Program-made: the position numbers and the translations under genes
Source of the DNA: Acidimicrobiaceae bacterium
GTDB lineage: Bacteria > Actinomycetota > Acidimicrobiia > Acidimicrobiales > RAAP-2
DNA length: 64,000 bases
Direction of reading: 5' to 3'
Assembly: GCA_947372925.1 (NCBI GenBank)
Contig: CANBVQ010000001.1
Location: 54,286 to 118,285 of the forward strand
Notes under the pieces: generated by a model
What the model saw: only the letters and a program-made list of their open reading frames with translations
Databases searched by the model: none
What the model was told of the DNA's origin: nothing
Shown here: positions 1-11,300 of the stretch, one piece after another
Layout: each line of letters opens with the position of its first letter
How positions within the stretch are numbered: the first letter of the stretch is position 1

Positions 1-146
1 GCGATTCCCAATGCCTCTCGGAGCGCGCCAGTTGAACCACCGTCATCGGCTACAGAAACAATGGCCGAAACTTCACAGCCCATCAGTCTGAGAGCACGAA
101 GGGTCACCGCGGTGCCATGCCCCCCACCAATGGCCGCAACCTTCAC
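1..146 (-). CDS. yvcK: YvcK/CofD-like gluconeogenesis factor (uridine diphosphate-N-acetylglucosamine-binding protein), 5' part; runs off the window edge
   Basis: Not in the ORF track. Manual translation from GTG at 146 gives MKVAAIGGGHGTAVTLRAL...IVSVADDGGSTG, the YvcK signature (GGGHG, VADDGGS). GTGA overlap with the rapZ stop; usual rapZ-yvcK order. Confidence 0.9.
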   Translation of the reverse strand, partial: MKVAAIGGGHGTAVTLRALRLMGCEVSAIVSVADDGGSTGALREALGI

Positions 147-988
147 GATCGCTCAACATCCCGGTGAAAGACGGTAACGCCTACTCCAATACGTCGCGCA
201 ATCTCTTCTGCAATAGCTACAGATCGATGTTTGCCACCTGTGCAGCCGATTGCAATTGACAAGTAGGTCTTACCCTCTTTGGCAAAGGCCGGTATCTGCC
301 AAGTAAGCATGGCCTCGAGATCCCCCACAAAACGTTGGGCGTCATCGTGACTCAGGACGAAATCAGACACCTCCTGCTCAAGGCCGGTACGGGGGCGTAG
401 TTCTTCAACCCAATGGGGATTTGGCAGAAAGCGACAATCCAACACCAAATCCGCGTCTCGTGGAATTCCATTCGAATAACCAAACGACATCACATTGATT
501 CGCATCGAACTGCTCTGAACCGAGTTGAACATCTCGGCAATACGTCGACGAAGTTGATTCGTGTTTAAGGCACCGGTATCAATGTTTAGGTCTGCGTGCT
601 CAACGAGAGGTTGCAAAAGGTTTCGTTCACCTTGAATCGCATTCGCCACTGACGATGCGGCCACTGGATGGCGGCGTCGATTGCCTTCAAATCGACTCAC
701 TAGGACATCATCGGGTGCATCCAGGAATAACAGTTTCGCGACAAATCCCTGTAGGCGAAGATCGGCGATTGTACGGATTAATTGGTCAGGATTAACACCA
801 CCGGAGCGCCCCACAATAAATGCGAGACCGGTTGCTTCAGCGGCTCCCGGCGAAGCCAATTCTGAGACTCGAGAAATAAGCTCCAGCGGCAGATTGTCGA
901 TCACCGACCAACCTGCATCCTCAAGAGCGGCCGACACCGTGGAGCGGCCGGCGCCTGACATTCCGGTCACGATCAGAATCTCATTCAT
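143..988 (-). CDS. rapZ: RNase adapter RapZ (YvcJ family P-loop protein)
   Basis: Walker A GMSGAGRST, SFGYSNGIP, DCRFLPNPHW, IGCTGGKHRSV, HRD. ATG at 988 overlaps the uvrC stop (the track starts at 997). Confidence 0.95.
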   Translation of the reverse strand: MNEILIVTGMSGAGRSTVSAALEDAGWSVIDNLPLELISRVSELASPGAAEATGLAFIVGRSGGVNPDQLIRTIADLRLQGFVAKLLFLDAPDDVLVSRFEGNRRRHPVAASSVANAIQGERNLLQPLVEHADLNIDTGALNTNQLRRRIAEMFNSVQSSSMRINVMSFGYSNGIPRDADLVLDCRFLPNPHWVEELRPRTGLEQEVSDFVLSHDDAQRFVGDLEAMLTWQIPAFAKEGKTYLSIAIGCTGGKHRSVAIAEEIARRIGVGVTVFHRDVERS

Positions 989-2840
989 CAGGCACACTCC
1001 CCTTCTCTAGACGAGGAACTCCCGTCTCGTGCAGATGATCGTAGAGCGCGTGCGCAACCGTCGTCGGGAGCCAACCAAGCTCCAATAGCGATTCAAGGGA
1101 GAGTGCTCGTATTGCCTTCATCGAACCAAAGGAGTCCATGAGCTTCTTTTGTCGAGCTGGACCGAGCCCTTCAACAGCATCGAGCGACGTACTCACCATC
1201 GAAGCCCCTCTCTTCGTGCGATGAAACGTGATGGCGAAACGGTGGGCCTCATCACGGAGGCGCTGAAGCATGTATAACGCTTCCGAGCCGCGATCGAGCC
1301 GAATAGGAAGCGAGCTTCCAGGTCGATAGAGAAGATCCTCTCGCTTAGCGAGAGCTACCAGCTCGACCGTGCCGGCCAGCCCAAGGCTCTCGACTGCATC
1401 CAGGGCCGCCGACAGTTGAGGCAAGCCTCCGTCAACCACGATTAAGTCTGGTCGCAGGAAGCGAGAGTCTTCATTGCCGGGTTGCAGATAGGTCAACCTG
1501 CGTGCCAGTACCTCTCTCATGGCTCCGGCATCATCATTGCCCAAAACGGTTTTCACGTTGAAATGTCGGTACGAAGATTTCTGAGGGAGACCGTCGACAA
1601 CCACAACCATCGACCCCACGTAATTAGTTCCTTGCAGGTGGCTCATATCGAAGCACTCGATTCGATAAGGAGGTGACGCCAGACCAAGGGAGTTACCAAT
1701 TTCTATGAGTGCCTGTGAGCGTACATTGTGGTCACTTTGGCGCCGCAGTGAGTCACGTTTAAGTACCGTCAGCCCATCTGTCTCACCCAGAGTTAACACC
1801 GATCGCTGCCGATCACCCCTGGGGCCGGAAACTCGTACTGAGCGATCCGCGAGGGATGACAAATACTCCTCCAAAAGAGACGTATCCAAAACGTCCACAT
1901 TCGTAATGATTGCATCTGGAACCGACGCAGCTTCGTAGTGTCCAACCATGAACGTCTCGAGCACATCACTATTCAACGTGTCGAATCCAACATCGAAGAG
2001 TTTGTTAGTACGTCCAACAATCCGGCCGTGCCTGATGAAGAAGCAGCTGACAACAGCACGAGCGTCGGAGCGAGTTACCGTCACCGCGTCGAGATTTGTC
2101 TGCTCGCCAAGAACGACCAACTGCTCTTGAGACGCTTTCTCCAGAGCGAGTAGCGAGTCTCTGGCTCGAGCGGCGGACTCATAGTCTCTGGACTCGGAGG
2201 CTCGAGCCATTTCTTTTTCCAATTTGTCTCGTAACTCGCCTGACTGACCATTGAAGAATTGGATGAAGGTTGAGACAATCTTGTCGTATTCCAACTTGTC
2301 AACTGCGCCCACGCACGGACCGGAACACTTTCCGATGTCGTACAGTAAGCAGGCGCGACCCCTGCGCTCGTGCGCCTGATACTTCGCTGCCGAACAAGTT
2401 CTCAGCGGAGCGATTCTCAGCACTTCATCGAGCATGATCCGAGCACTCTTGACATGCCCAAAAGGGCCGAAGTAGCGAACGCCTCGTTGTTTCGCCGAGC
2501 GCGTCATAAATGGCGTGGGAAATTCCTGTCGCAAATCGACAGCCAAATAGGGGTACGACTTGTCGTCCTTCAGTCTGATATTGAATCGAGGTTGGTATCT
2601 CTTGATCAAATCATTTTCGAGAATGAGCGCCGCTACTTCGGAACCAGTCTCAATCCACTCAACTTCAGTTGCCATTTCCATAAGGGAGATCGTTTTGTTT
2701 GACATCTGGCCCGGTGAACTGAAATAGCTCCCGAGGCGACTCGCAAGGTTCTTGGCCTTGCCAACGTAAATGACCGCCTGAAATTGATCACGGAAGATGT
2801 AGCAGCCGCTTGCCGACGGAATGCCGAGAGGCTTCTCCAT
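981..2840 (-). CDS. uvrC: Excinuclease ABC subunit C
   Basis: GIY-YIG (GCYIF...IYVGKAKNL), UVR domain, RIECFDMSHLQG, PDLIVVDGG, RDEAHRFAITFHR and a C-terminal HhH. Start placed at MEKPLG (2840), just after the uvrA stop. Confidence 0.96.
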   Translation of the reverse strand: MEKPLGIPSASGCYIFRDQFQAVIYVGKAKNLASRLGSYFSSPGQMSNKTISLMEMATEVEWIETGSEVAALILENDLIKRYQPRFNIRLKDDKSYPYLAVDLRQEFPTPFMTRSAKQRGVRYFGPFGHVKSARIMLDEVLRIAPLRTCSAAKYQAHERRGRACLLYDIGKCSGPCVGAVDKLEYDKIVSTFIQFFNGQSGELRDKLEKEMARASESRDYESAARARDSLLALEKASQEQLVVLGEQTNLDAVTVTRSDARAVVSCFFIRHGRIVGRTNKLFDVGFDTLNSDVLETFMVGHYEAASVPDAIITNVDVLDTSLLEEYLSSLADRSVRVSGPRGDRQRSVLTLGETDGLTVLKRDSLRRQSDHNVRSQALIEIGNSLGLASPPYRIECFDMSHLQGTNYVGSMVVVVDGLPQKSSYRHFNVKTVLGNDDAGAMREVLARRLTYLQPGNEDSRFLRPDLIVVDGGLPQLSAALDAVESLGLAGTVELVALAKREDLLYRPGSSLPIRLDRGSEALYMLQRLRDEAHRFAITFHRTKRGASMVSTSLDAVEGLGPARQKKLMDSFGSMKAIRALSLESLLELGWLPTTVAHALYDHLHETGVPRLEKGSVPDE

Positions 2841-2844
2841 GGAA

Positions 2845-5688
2845 CTAGCGCTTCGAAGCCTTGGTCTTAGGTAACACCAATCGCAAAACTTCTCCGGTGG
2901 CTGTTTTGGTCTTGGCCACTTGCTCGGGCGTTCCAACAGCAGTGATTCTGCCACCCCGCTTTCCACCTTCGGGCCCCAAATCAACAATCCAATCGGCCGT
3001 CTTGATTACGTCGAGATTGTGCTCGATCGTCAGCACTGTATTGCCCTGGTCGACCAGACGATGAAGCACTGTCAGCAGACGATCTACGTCCTCGAAATGC
3101 AGACCGGTGGTCGGCTCGTCCAGCACGTAAAGCGTGTGGCCCGTAGCTCGACGCGCCAGTTCTGTGGCCAGCTTCACTCGTTGGGCTTCACCGCCTGAAA
3201 GTGTGGGTGCCGGCTGCCCCAATCTGACGTAACCCAACCCGACGTCAACGAGCGCCTGAATATGTCTGGATATCGCGGGTTGCTTCGAGAAGAACTCCAA
3301 CGCCTCGGCAATCGGCATATTGAGCACATCCGCTATCGACTTCCCACGATAGAGAACTTCGAGCGTCTCCCGGTTGTAGCGACTGCCGTTACAGACATCA
3401 CAGTTCACATAGACATCGGGGAGGAAATGCATCTCAATTTTTATTGTGCCGTCACCCGCACAGTTTTCACAACGTCCACCTTTGACATTGAATGAAAATC
3501 TGCCCTGCAGATAGCCTCGAGTCTTAGCTTCCTGAGTTTCGGAGAACAGCTTCCTAACTTTGTCGAACACTCCGGTATAGGTTGCGGGATTTGACCGTGG
3601 TGTTCGTCCAATGGGCTGTTGATCCACGGCAACAACTTTGTCAAGAAAGTCGATTCCTGTGATTGAAGTGTGGTCGGCTACCTGAACTTTTGCTCGATAG
3701 AAATGTTTTTGAAGTCCGGCCAGGAGAATCTGATTGATCAAGGTCGACTTGCCTGAACCCGACACACCAGTTACGGCAATAAAACGACCAAGTGGAAACT
3801 CGGCATCAATGTTTTGAAGATTATTGGCTCGAGCGCCGATGATTTTAAGAAAACCCGCCTCAACATCTCGTCGAACTTTTGGTATCGCAATACTCTTCTT
3901 GCCCGAGAGATACTGCCCAGTGGACGACTTCGGATTGGCGAGCAGACTCGTTACATCGCCAGCATGCACAATCTCCCCGCCGTGCTCGCCCGCACCGGGA
4001 CCGATGTCTACGACATAGTCGGAAAGTCGAATTGTCTCTTCATCATGCTCGACCACAATGACCGAATTCCCTAAATCGCGGAGTCGTTCCAGGGTTGTGA
4101 TCAGTCTTCGATTGTCCCGCTGGTGGAGGCCAATCGACGGCTCATCAAGGACATAGAGAACACCGACCAGATGCGAACCGATTTGACTTGCTAGGCGTAT
4201 TCGCTGAGCCTCGCCACCGGACAGAGTCGCTGAAGCGCGACTTAACGTTAGGTAGTCCAAACCCACATCGAGAAGGAAGCTCAACCTCTCGTTGATTTCC
4301 TTTATGACCTGAACCGCGATTTTCGCATCACGTTTATTCAATTTTAAGGAATTGAAGAATGCCACCGCTTCGTCAATCGTGAAATTGCTTACTTGGGCGA
4401 TATTCGTTTCGGCAATCAGCACGGCCAGAATCTCCGGCTTTAGTCGTAGACCCTTGCAGCTCCGGCATTCGACCTCGCGCATGTATTGCTCCGCTTGGTC
4501 GCGAGACCAATCACCCTCAGCCTCCTGCCATTGACGCTCCAACCAATGGACGACACCTCTGAATTGCGCCATGAAACTTGCAGAGCGACCATTCTTCTTC
4601 TTGTACTTGTACTCGAGTTTCTCGCCGTCCAGGCCGTGCAGTAGCAGCTCGCGATCTTGGTCTCGCAGTTGGGACCAAGGTGTATTCGCTGAGAAATCAC
4701 CGAATTCGCAAACACTTCTAAGCAGACGATCGAAATATCTGGCTCGATGTCCTCCCCAGGGAGCGATTGCACCGTCGGCAACACTCAAAGATTCGTCCGG
4801 TACGACTAGTTCAGAATCCACCTCAAAACGAGTGCCGAGCCCAGAACACGTACCGCAGGCTCCATATGGCGAGTTGAAAGAGAAATCTCGAGGTGCAAGT
4901 TCGGTGAAACTGATGCCACATTTCGTGCATGCCATCAATTCGGAGAATCGCTGTTCCGGACCGCCGTCGAGGTCGTGAATTACCACGATGCCTTTCGCCA
5001 AACGAAGTGAAGCCTCAACCGATTCAGTAAGGCGCTGACGGATCGTGTTCTTCAAGATCAGTCGGTCGACGACAACTTCAATCACGTGAGTTTCATATCG
5101 AGCGAGCTTGATCTCCTTGCGGTCTGACAGCTCATGGACAGTGCCGTCCACTCTCACACGCGAGAAACCCTGCGCCGCTAAGTCGTCGAGCAGCGTTGAG
5201 TACTCGCCCTTTCGTCCCTCAACAATTGGCGCCAGAACCAAGAACTTTGTGCCCACCTTGCCATCGAGAACCCTGTCAACGATTTGCTGGGGACTCTGCC
5301 GAGATACCTCTAAGCCACACTTCGGACAGTGTGGGACGCCGATGCGGGCATACAGCAGTCGTAGATAGTCCGAAACTTCGGTAATCGTTCCGACTGTTGA
5401 TCGGGGATTCCGGGAAGCGGTCTTTTGGTCAATTGAGATCGCTGGCGAGAGTCCTTCGATGAAGTCCACATCCGGTTTATCCATTTGGCCCAGGAATTGA
5501 CGGGCGTATGCGGAAAGACTTTCGACGTATCGTCGCTGCCCTTCGGCATAAATTGTGTCGAACGCTAGAGAGGACTTACCGGAACCGGACAGTCCTGTGA
5601 AAACCACGAGCTTGTCGCGCGGAATTTCGAGGCTGACATTCTTTAGATTGTGAGCGCGAGCACCTTGGATCCGAATGAGGTCAGCCAT
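2845..5688 (-). CDS. uvrA: Excinuclease ABC subunit A
   Basis: Two ABC ATPase halves ([18 protein letters not shown]), two LSGGEAQR signatures, zinc-finger Cys motifs. Confidence 0.98.
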   Translation of the reverse strand: MADLIRIQGARAHNLKNVSLEIPRDKLVVFTGLSGSGKSSLAFDTIYAEGQRRYVESLSAYARQFLGQMDKPDVDFIEGLSPAISIDQKTASRNPRSTVGTITEVSDYLRLLYARIGVPHCPKCGLEVSRQSPQQIVDRVLDGKVGTKFLVLAPIVEGRKGEYSTLLDDLAAQGFSRVRVDGTVHELSDRKEIKLARYETHVIEVVVDRLILKNTIRQRLTESVEASLRLAKGIVVIHDLDGGPEQRFSELMACTKCGISFTELAPRDFSFNSPYGACGTCSGLGTRFEVDSELVVPDESLSVADGAIAPWGGHRARYFDRLLRSVCEFGDFSANTPWSQLRDQDRELLLHGLDGEKLEYKYKKKNGRSASFMAQFRGVVHWLERQWQEAEGDWSRDQAEQYMREVECRSCKGLRLKPEILAVLIAETNIAQVSNFTIDEAVAFFNSLKLNKRDAKIAVQVIKEINERLSFLLDVGLDYLTLSRASATLSGGEAQRIRLASQIGSHLVGVLYVLDEPSIGLHQRDNRRLITTLERLRDLGNSVIVVEHDEETIRLSDYVVDIGPGAGEHGGEIVHAGDVTSLLANPKSSTGQYLSGKKSIAIPKVRRDVEAGFLKIIGARANNLQNIDAEFPLGRFIAVTGVSGSGKSTLINQILLAGLQKHFYRAKVQVADHTSITGIDFLDKVVAVDQQPIGRTPRSNPATYTGVFDKVRKLFSETQEAKTRGYLQGRFSFNVKGGRCENCAGDGTIKIEMHFLPDVYVNCDVCNGSRYNRETLEVLYRGKSIADVLNMPIAEALEFFSKQPAISRHIQALVDVGLGYVRLGQPAPTLSGGEAQRVKLATELARRATGHTLYVLDEPTTGLHFEDVDRLLTVLHRLVDQGNTVLTIEHNLDVIKTADWIVDLGPEGGKRGGRITAVGTPEQVAKTKTATGEVLRLVLPKTKASKR

Positions 5689-5712
5689 ACACCCGCAGGC
5701 TACCGTCTACTT

Positions 5713-7710
5713 TCAGTCAAACGGCAGGTTCAATTCATCACTGCCAATCCGTTGCAGGCTGTGAATCTCGTCCCGAAGCGCGGCAGCTTCTTCAAAACGC
5801 ATCTCTTCGGCGGCCTCAAGCATTGACTTGGTAAGGCGCTCCACCTCGCGCTCCAATTCCTGATCTGAGAGTTCAAGTCTTCTCGGCGAGTCGGAGCCGG
5901 TTGCCGAACTACCGCTGCGGAGTCGCCCAAGGATGTCCGCCACCGCCTTAGATACGGTCCTGGGAACAATACCGTTCGCTTCGTTGTATGCAATCTGCAC
6001 TGCGCGACGTCGTTCGGTAACCGAAATCGCATCACGCATCGAATCCGTTATTCGGTCGGCGTAGAGGATCGCCTCACCATTCGCATTTCTGGCGGCCCGG
6101 CCAATGGTTTGAATAAGCGCACTGCGCGACCGCAAGAATCCTTCCTTGTCGGCGTCGAGGATTGCGACCAGGGACACTTCGGGTAGGTCGAGACCTTCCC
6201 GAAGGAGATTGATTCCAACTAGAACGTCAAACTCTCCGAGACGGAGTGATCGAAGAATTTCGATTCTTTGGATTGTGTCGATATCCGAGTGCAAATACTG
6301 AATCCTGACTCCAGCCTTTGCAAGAAATGCGGTCAAGTCTTCAGCCATACGCTTCGTTAGCGTGGTGACCAATACGCGCTCACCTCGTGCCACTACTTCC
6401 GCGATACGCGCTTGAAGATCGTCAACCTGATTCTTCGTCGGAATGATTCGGACCGGTGGATCCAGCAGACCGGTTGGGCGGATGACCTGCTCTACTACTT
6501 CGTCGGAAATCTCCAATTCGTAGGGGCCGGGAGTGGCTGATACAAAGACAGTCTGCGGGATGATGTCAATGAACTCTTCAAAGTTGAGAGGCCGATTGTC
6601 GCGGGCGCTCGGCAATCGGAAACCATGATTGACCAGTGTGTCCTTACGGGACTTGTCGCCGGCAAACTGACCGCGAACCTGCGGTACGGCTACGTGAGAT
6701 TCGTCGATTACAACGAAGTAATCCTTCGGGAAATAGTCCAAAAGCGTGAATGGTCTTTCACCTGGCGACCTACCGTCCAGATGGGCCGAGTAGTTCTCAA
6801 CTCCAGCACAGGTTCCAGTCTCCTCAAGCATTTCAAGGTCGTATTCCGTGCGCGACCGCAACCTTTGCATCTCCAAAAGCTTGCCCTCGCGTTCAAGTTC
6901 CACGAGTCGTTCAGCCAACTCAGCTCGGATTCTATGCATGGCCTGTGTGAGCGTTTCGCTCGATGATGCGTAGTGGGTCGCCGCAAAGAGTGTTACCTCA
7001 GTAACGGCACCCTTTGATTCCATGGTTAAAGGATTGAAAAACGTAATGGCATCAATCTCGTCCCCAAAGAGTGAGAGTCGAATCGCCTCTTGGTCGTACG
7101 CGGGCTGGATCTCGATCGTGTCGCCTCGCACGCGGAAACTGCCACGCTCCACAACCAGATCGTTGCGGTGGTATTGCATATCAACGAAACGACGTAGCAG
7201 TTCACGCTGATCGATCGTCATGCCGACCTCGAGAAGCAACATGTGATTCTTGTATTCGATCGGATTCCCGAGTCCGTAGATACACGAGACTGAAGCAACC
7301 ACGATGGTGTCGTGCCTCGTGAGTAACGCACTTGTCGCGGCGTGGCGGAGCCGATCGATCTCCTCGTTGATTGAACTGTCCTTCTCGATGTAGGTGTCTG
7401 AACTCGGAATATACGCTTCGGGCTGGTAGTAGTCGTAGTAGGAGACGAAAAACTCAACGCGATTGTTTGGCATCATTTCTCGGAGTTCCGAAGCCAACTG
7501 GGCGGCCAATGATTTGTTGGGTTCAAGGATTAATGCGGGTCGCTGAACCTGCTCGATTAGCCAGGCGATTGTGGCAGTCTTACCACTGCCCGTAATTCCC
7601 TCGAGCGTTTGGTATCGCAAACCACCATTGATACCTTCCGCGAGCTTGGCAATTGCCGTTGGCTGATCGCCACTGGGCTGAAAGGGCGACTCAACCAGAA
7701 ATTCAGTCAA
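5713..7710 (-). CDS. uvrB: Excinuclease ABC subunit B
   Basis: [21 protein letters not shown] beta-hairpin, [18 protein letters not shown] and a C-terminal UVR domain. TTG at 7710 overlaps the coaE stop. Confidence 0.97.
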   Translation of the reverse strand: MTEFLVESPFQPSGDQPTAIAKLAEGINGGLRYQTLEGITGSGKTATIAWLIEQVQRPALILEPNKSLAAQLASELREMMPNNRVEFFVSYYDYYQPEAYIPSSDTYIEKDSSINEEIDRLRHAATSALLTRHDTIVVASVSCIYGLGNPIEYKNHMLLLEVGMTIDQRELLRRFVDMQYHRNDLVVERGSFRVRGDTIEIQPAYDQEAIRLSLFGDEIDAITFFNPLTMESKGAVTEVTLFAATHYASSSETLTQAMHRIRAELAERLVELEREGKLLEMQRLRSRTEYDLEMLEETGTCAGVENYSAHLDGRSPGERPFTLLDYFPKDYFVVIDESHVAVPQVRGQFAGDKSRKDTLVNHGFRLPSARDNRPLNFEEFIDIIPQTVFVSATPGPYELEISDEVVEQVIRPTGLLDPPVRIIPTKNQVDDLQARIAEVVARGERVLVTTLTKRMAEDLTAFLAKAGVRIQYLHSDIDTIQRIEILRSLRLGEFDVLVGINLLREGLDLPEVSLVAILDADKEGFLRSRSALIQTIGRAARNANGEAILYADRITDSMRDAISVTERRRAVQIAYNEANGIVPRTVSKAVADILGRLRSGSSATGSDSPRRLELSDQELEREVERLTKSMLEAAEEMRFEEAAALRDEIHSLQRIGSDELNLPFD

Positions 7711-8299
7711 CGGACATTCCTCGTTCTCGCAGTAGGGCTCGGATTCGTTCTTCGAGCGCTTCGATCGAATCATTATTGGGAATCACAACATCGACGATGG
7801 CTGAACGGTCGCTGTTTGAAATTTGGCTCCTAATGCGATTACGCGCGTCCTCGTCGCTAAACCCTCGATGCTGGATTAGTCGAGAAACTGCCACCTCTGG
7901 TTCGACTTCGGTGGCCCATACTTCGCTCAGTCGAAAAACAGTGCGGTGTTCCGGGCGGAAGAGAGGTACCGCGACAGCGTAATGAGAGTCCTTGCTCTCA
8001 TCTAGAGCTCGAAGCACTTCCATTCCAATGGCACCGTGGGTAATCACGTTGAGGCGCCGAAGAGCCGTTGGATTGGGAAAAGTGATGGCTGCTAGAAATT
8101 TTCGGTCAATCCGACCTGCTTCGTCGGTCACCGCCCGACCAAAGGCATCAACCAACGCTTGCCACGCTGGTTGTCCGGGCTCAACGATTTCGCGCGCAAT
8201 GACATCTGTATCAATCACACGGACTCCCGCCCGTTCAAGGACGGAGGTGACCGTGGACTTGCCTGAGCCGATTCCGCCGGCGATTCCTATTTGCAACAC
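7703..8299 (-). CDS. coaE: Dephospho-CoA kinase
   Basis: [32 protein letters not shown]; position immediately upstream of uvrB. Confidence 0.93.
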   Translation of the reverse strand: MLQIGIAGGIGSGKSTVTSVLERAGVRVIDTDVIAREIVEPGQPAWQALVDAFGRAVTDEAGRIDRKFLAAITFPNPTALRRLNVITHGAIGMEVLRALDESKDSHYAVAVPLFRPEHRTVFRLSEVWATEVEPEVAVSRLIQHRGFSDEDARNRIRSQISNSDRSAIVDVVIPNNDSIEALEERIRALLRERGMSVD

Positions 8300-8356
8300 A
8301 TTTGTACCGTAGTCAGGAAACGGAACTGAGGCTGCATTTATCTGTAGATTCCTACT
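8300..8356. promoter_or_regulatory. 57-bp divergent promoter region: -10 TACGGT (8306-8311, minus, coaE) and -10 TAGATT (8345-8350, plus, aftD-like), each 6 nt from a GTG start
   Basis: Read directly from the sequence; no Shine-Dalgarno on either side. Confidence 0.6.
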
Positions 8357-11300
8357 GTGAAACTAAGGCTCCCAGGATCTTTTGATGTGGCCAGACTGCG
8401 GCGTTTCCGCACCTGGGACACATTTTTATTCGCCCTGATTGCCTATGTGCCCTTCTTTGGTAACAATCCGGGGAAGGTATCTGCCGACACTAAGGCCTAT
8501 CTCTACCTCGATCCAAGCCACCTGCTCGCAACTGCCACCTCTATGTGGAACGCCGATCAAGGCTTCGGCATGGTGACGCACCAAAACATTGGCTACCTCT
8601 TTCCGATGGGGCCATTCTTCTGGCTGACTCACACGATTGGTATTCCGACATGGATAGCGCAGCGTTTCTGGATGGGCTCACTGCTTTTCTTAGCGGGACT
8701 CGGCGTGCGAAAGGCCGCTCAAGAACTGGGCCTCAGCAGAGTGGCATCGTGGAGTGCGGCGCTCCCCTATGTCTTCACGCCATTCATCTTGGTCAACATC
8801 GGAAGAACCTCCGCCATTTTGATGCCTTGGGCCGGTTTGGGCTGGCTACTCCTTTTTGCCATTAGATCCGCACGCTTTGGTGGATGGAAAAACCCCGCCC
8901 GATTCGCGCTCGTAGTGGCCCTCGTCGGTGGAGTTAATGCGACGTCCATCCTCTTGGTGGGTCTCGCGCCAGCAGTGTGGCTGCTATTCGCCGCCACCAC
9001 CAGGGAGATTTCTTGGCGCTCACTCGCTTCCACGGTTTCGCGCATCGGACTTCTATGCAGCTCGGTATCACTTTGGTGGATCGCCGGCCTTTGGGCCGAA
9101 GGCAAATTCGGTATCAATATCTTGCAGTACACCGAAACGATTCCTACGGTCGCCAGTACTTCGAGCAGTTCGGAAGTTTTCCGAGGTTTGGGCTATTGGT
9201 ACTTCTACGGATGGGATCACTCTCAAGCGTGGACTAGCTCATCCGTTGGCTACACCACTGGCCAATTCGCACCCATTTTCAGTTTGATTCTTCCGACCGC
9301 GGCGGTCATCGCCGCCATGTTTGTCAAGTGGCGCTATCGGACATTTTCCGTACTGCTCGCTTTCCTCGGCGTCGTAATTGCAGTTGGTGCGTACCCATAC
9401 AACTCACCTACGCCGGCAGGCTCGGCGCTGAAGTGGTTTGGAGAAAACACCACCGTGGGTCTCGCAATGCGTTCGACTAATCGCGTGGTGCCAATCATGG
9501 TGTTGGCTCTAGGACTACTACTTGGGTCCAGTGTTGATGCGCTGAGAAGCCGCCATCCACGACGTATCTTGCCCGTGTTCGGCCTGATCTTCCTCGCCGC
9601 AACCATCGGATTAACTCCGCTATTCAATGGAACAGCGCTCGCTACGAATCTCAGCTCGTCGCAGAAACTGCCCGCGTACGTTGAGAATGCTGCCAAAGAT
9701 CTGAACTCGGGCGACACATCCACTGGCGTACTCGGCCTCCCTGGCCTCGACTTCGGCTACTACCGATGGGGTGCCTACGTGGACTCTGCTTGGCCTGGAT
9801 TGCTCAAACGGCCCTACGTGACGAGTCAAATTACGCTCCAGGGGCAACCGGCAAGCGTGAATCTCGTTCGATCTCTCGATAGTCCCATTCAGGACTTAAT
9901 AGCCCTGCCGAGGAGCATCGCTCCAATTGCAAGGTTGCTCGGGACTGGTGATGTGCTTTTCCAATTCGATACCCAGTTCGATCGGTTTAGCGGTCCAGAA
10001 CCTTGGTATCTGTGGCGCTTATCGCAGTCACCGAGTTTGGGACTCGTATTCAAAAAGGCCTACGGTCCCGTTGTTACGGATCAAGTCGGCGACGGCCCTT
10101 TCATCAACGAGAGCAACCTCGCTCTGCCTCAAGGATTCAAGTGGCCTCGATCGCTAGCCATCTATGGCGTTCAAGGTGTCCGACAACTCGTCAGAATTGA
10201 GTCAAGTGCGTCTCCTGCAATAGTTGCCGGGGACGGCGAAGGCTTGGTCAATATGGCGGGCCTTGGAATTCTCCCGGAGGATCGGGCTATTTTCTACGAC
10301 GGAGCACTGACCGCTTCGCAACTCGAACGACTGACAGCAAACGCAACTGCCAGTCTGTATGTGACGGACTCCAATCAGCGGCGCCTAAATAGTTACGGCG
10401 TACTTCACTCAAGCCCTGGCTATGTTCAGCAGGCCGGAGAGACACCGATTGTTAAAAGCCCGTCGCAGCAGACGTTGCTGGCGTACCCCGACACAGTTTC
10501 AGGGGCTCAGACTGTTGCCGTATTGGGCAATATCAAATCAGTCCAAGCTTCTTCTTATGGCAATCCAATAGCCAACAATCCCGAAGTGCAGGCCTACTAC
10601 TCGCTTGATGGCCTGGTCGACACAGCGTGGCAAACCTCTGCTTTCGGAAAAGCACCCGGCCAATTTATTCAGATTGACATGGGGCACCGCCTTAGCTTCA
10701 ATCGACTCCGACTCACCCAAGCACAGTCGTCCACGATTAACCGATGGATCACGCAGGTGACGATAACCGTCGACGGAAAATCGCTCGGTAAATTCAGCCT
10801 TTCAAAGTCGACGAGGAGTCGGCGAGGTGGTGTCATCAAACTACCCAAGACTTCAGGTTCGGTTATTCGCATCACCATCAATCAGACGTCCCATGATGAT
10901 GGAAATCTCGCTGGACAGTCTGGGGTTGGTTTCGCTGAGATTTCAATTCCCGGGCTTCCCGCAGTAACTCACAGTTTGATGATGCCAACAAGTCTTTTAA
11001 ACAGAGCCGGCAATGCGGCTCTGGTGAATGATCTCCGTTTTGTCATGACACGTGCTCGAGTGGCAACAACGCCACCAAGGCTTGATCCGGAGCTGACTAT
11101 CGACAGGATGTTTGAACTACCAGCAGGCCGAATGTTCACTATTCGCGGCACCACTTCAATCCAACCCGCTGCATCTGACGCAACCATCAGCCGCCTCCTT
11201 GGCATCGGTGGTTCAAGTAACGGTCAAATTGTGCGATCGTCAAGCTCGACCCGTCTGGTTGGATCATTAACGAATGGCCCATGGGCTGCATTTGACGGTG

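Noticed and set aside
2841-2987. Long 5' extension of uvrC overlapping uvrA
   Set aside because: UvrC homology begins at MEKPLG (2840), 4 nt after the uvrA stop.
5689-8356. LexA/SOS box (TCGAAC-N4-GTTCGA) upstream of the uvr genes
   Set aside because: No convincing match by eye; the closest, TCGAGCGCTTCGA near 7752, has the wrong spacing. A PWM scan would be needed.
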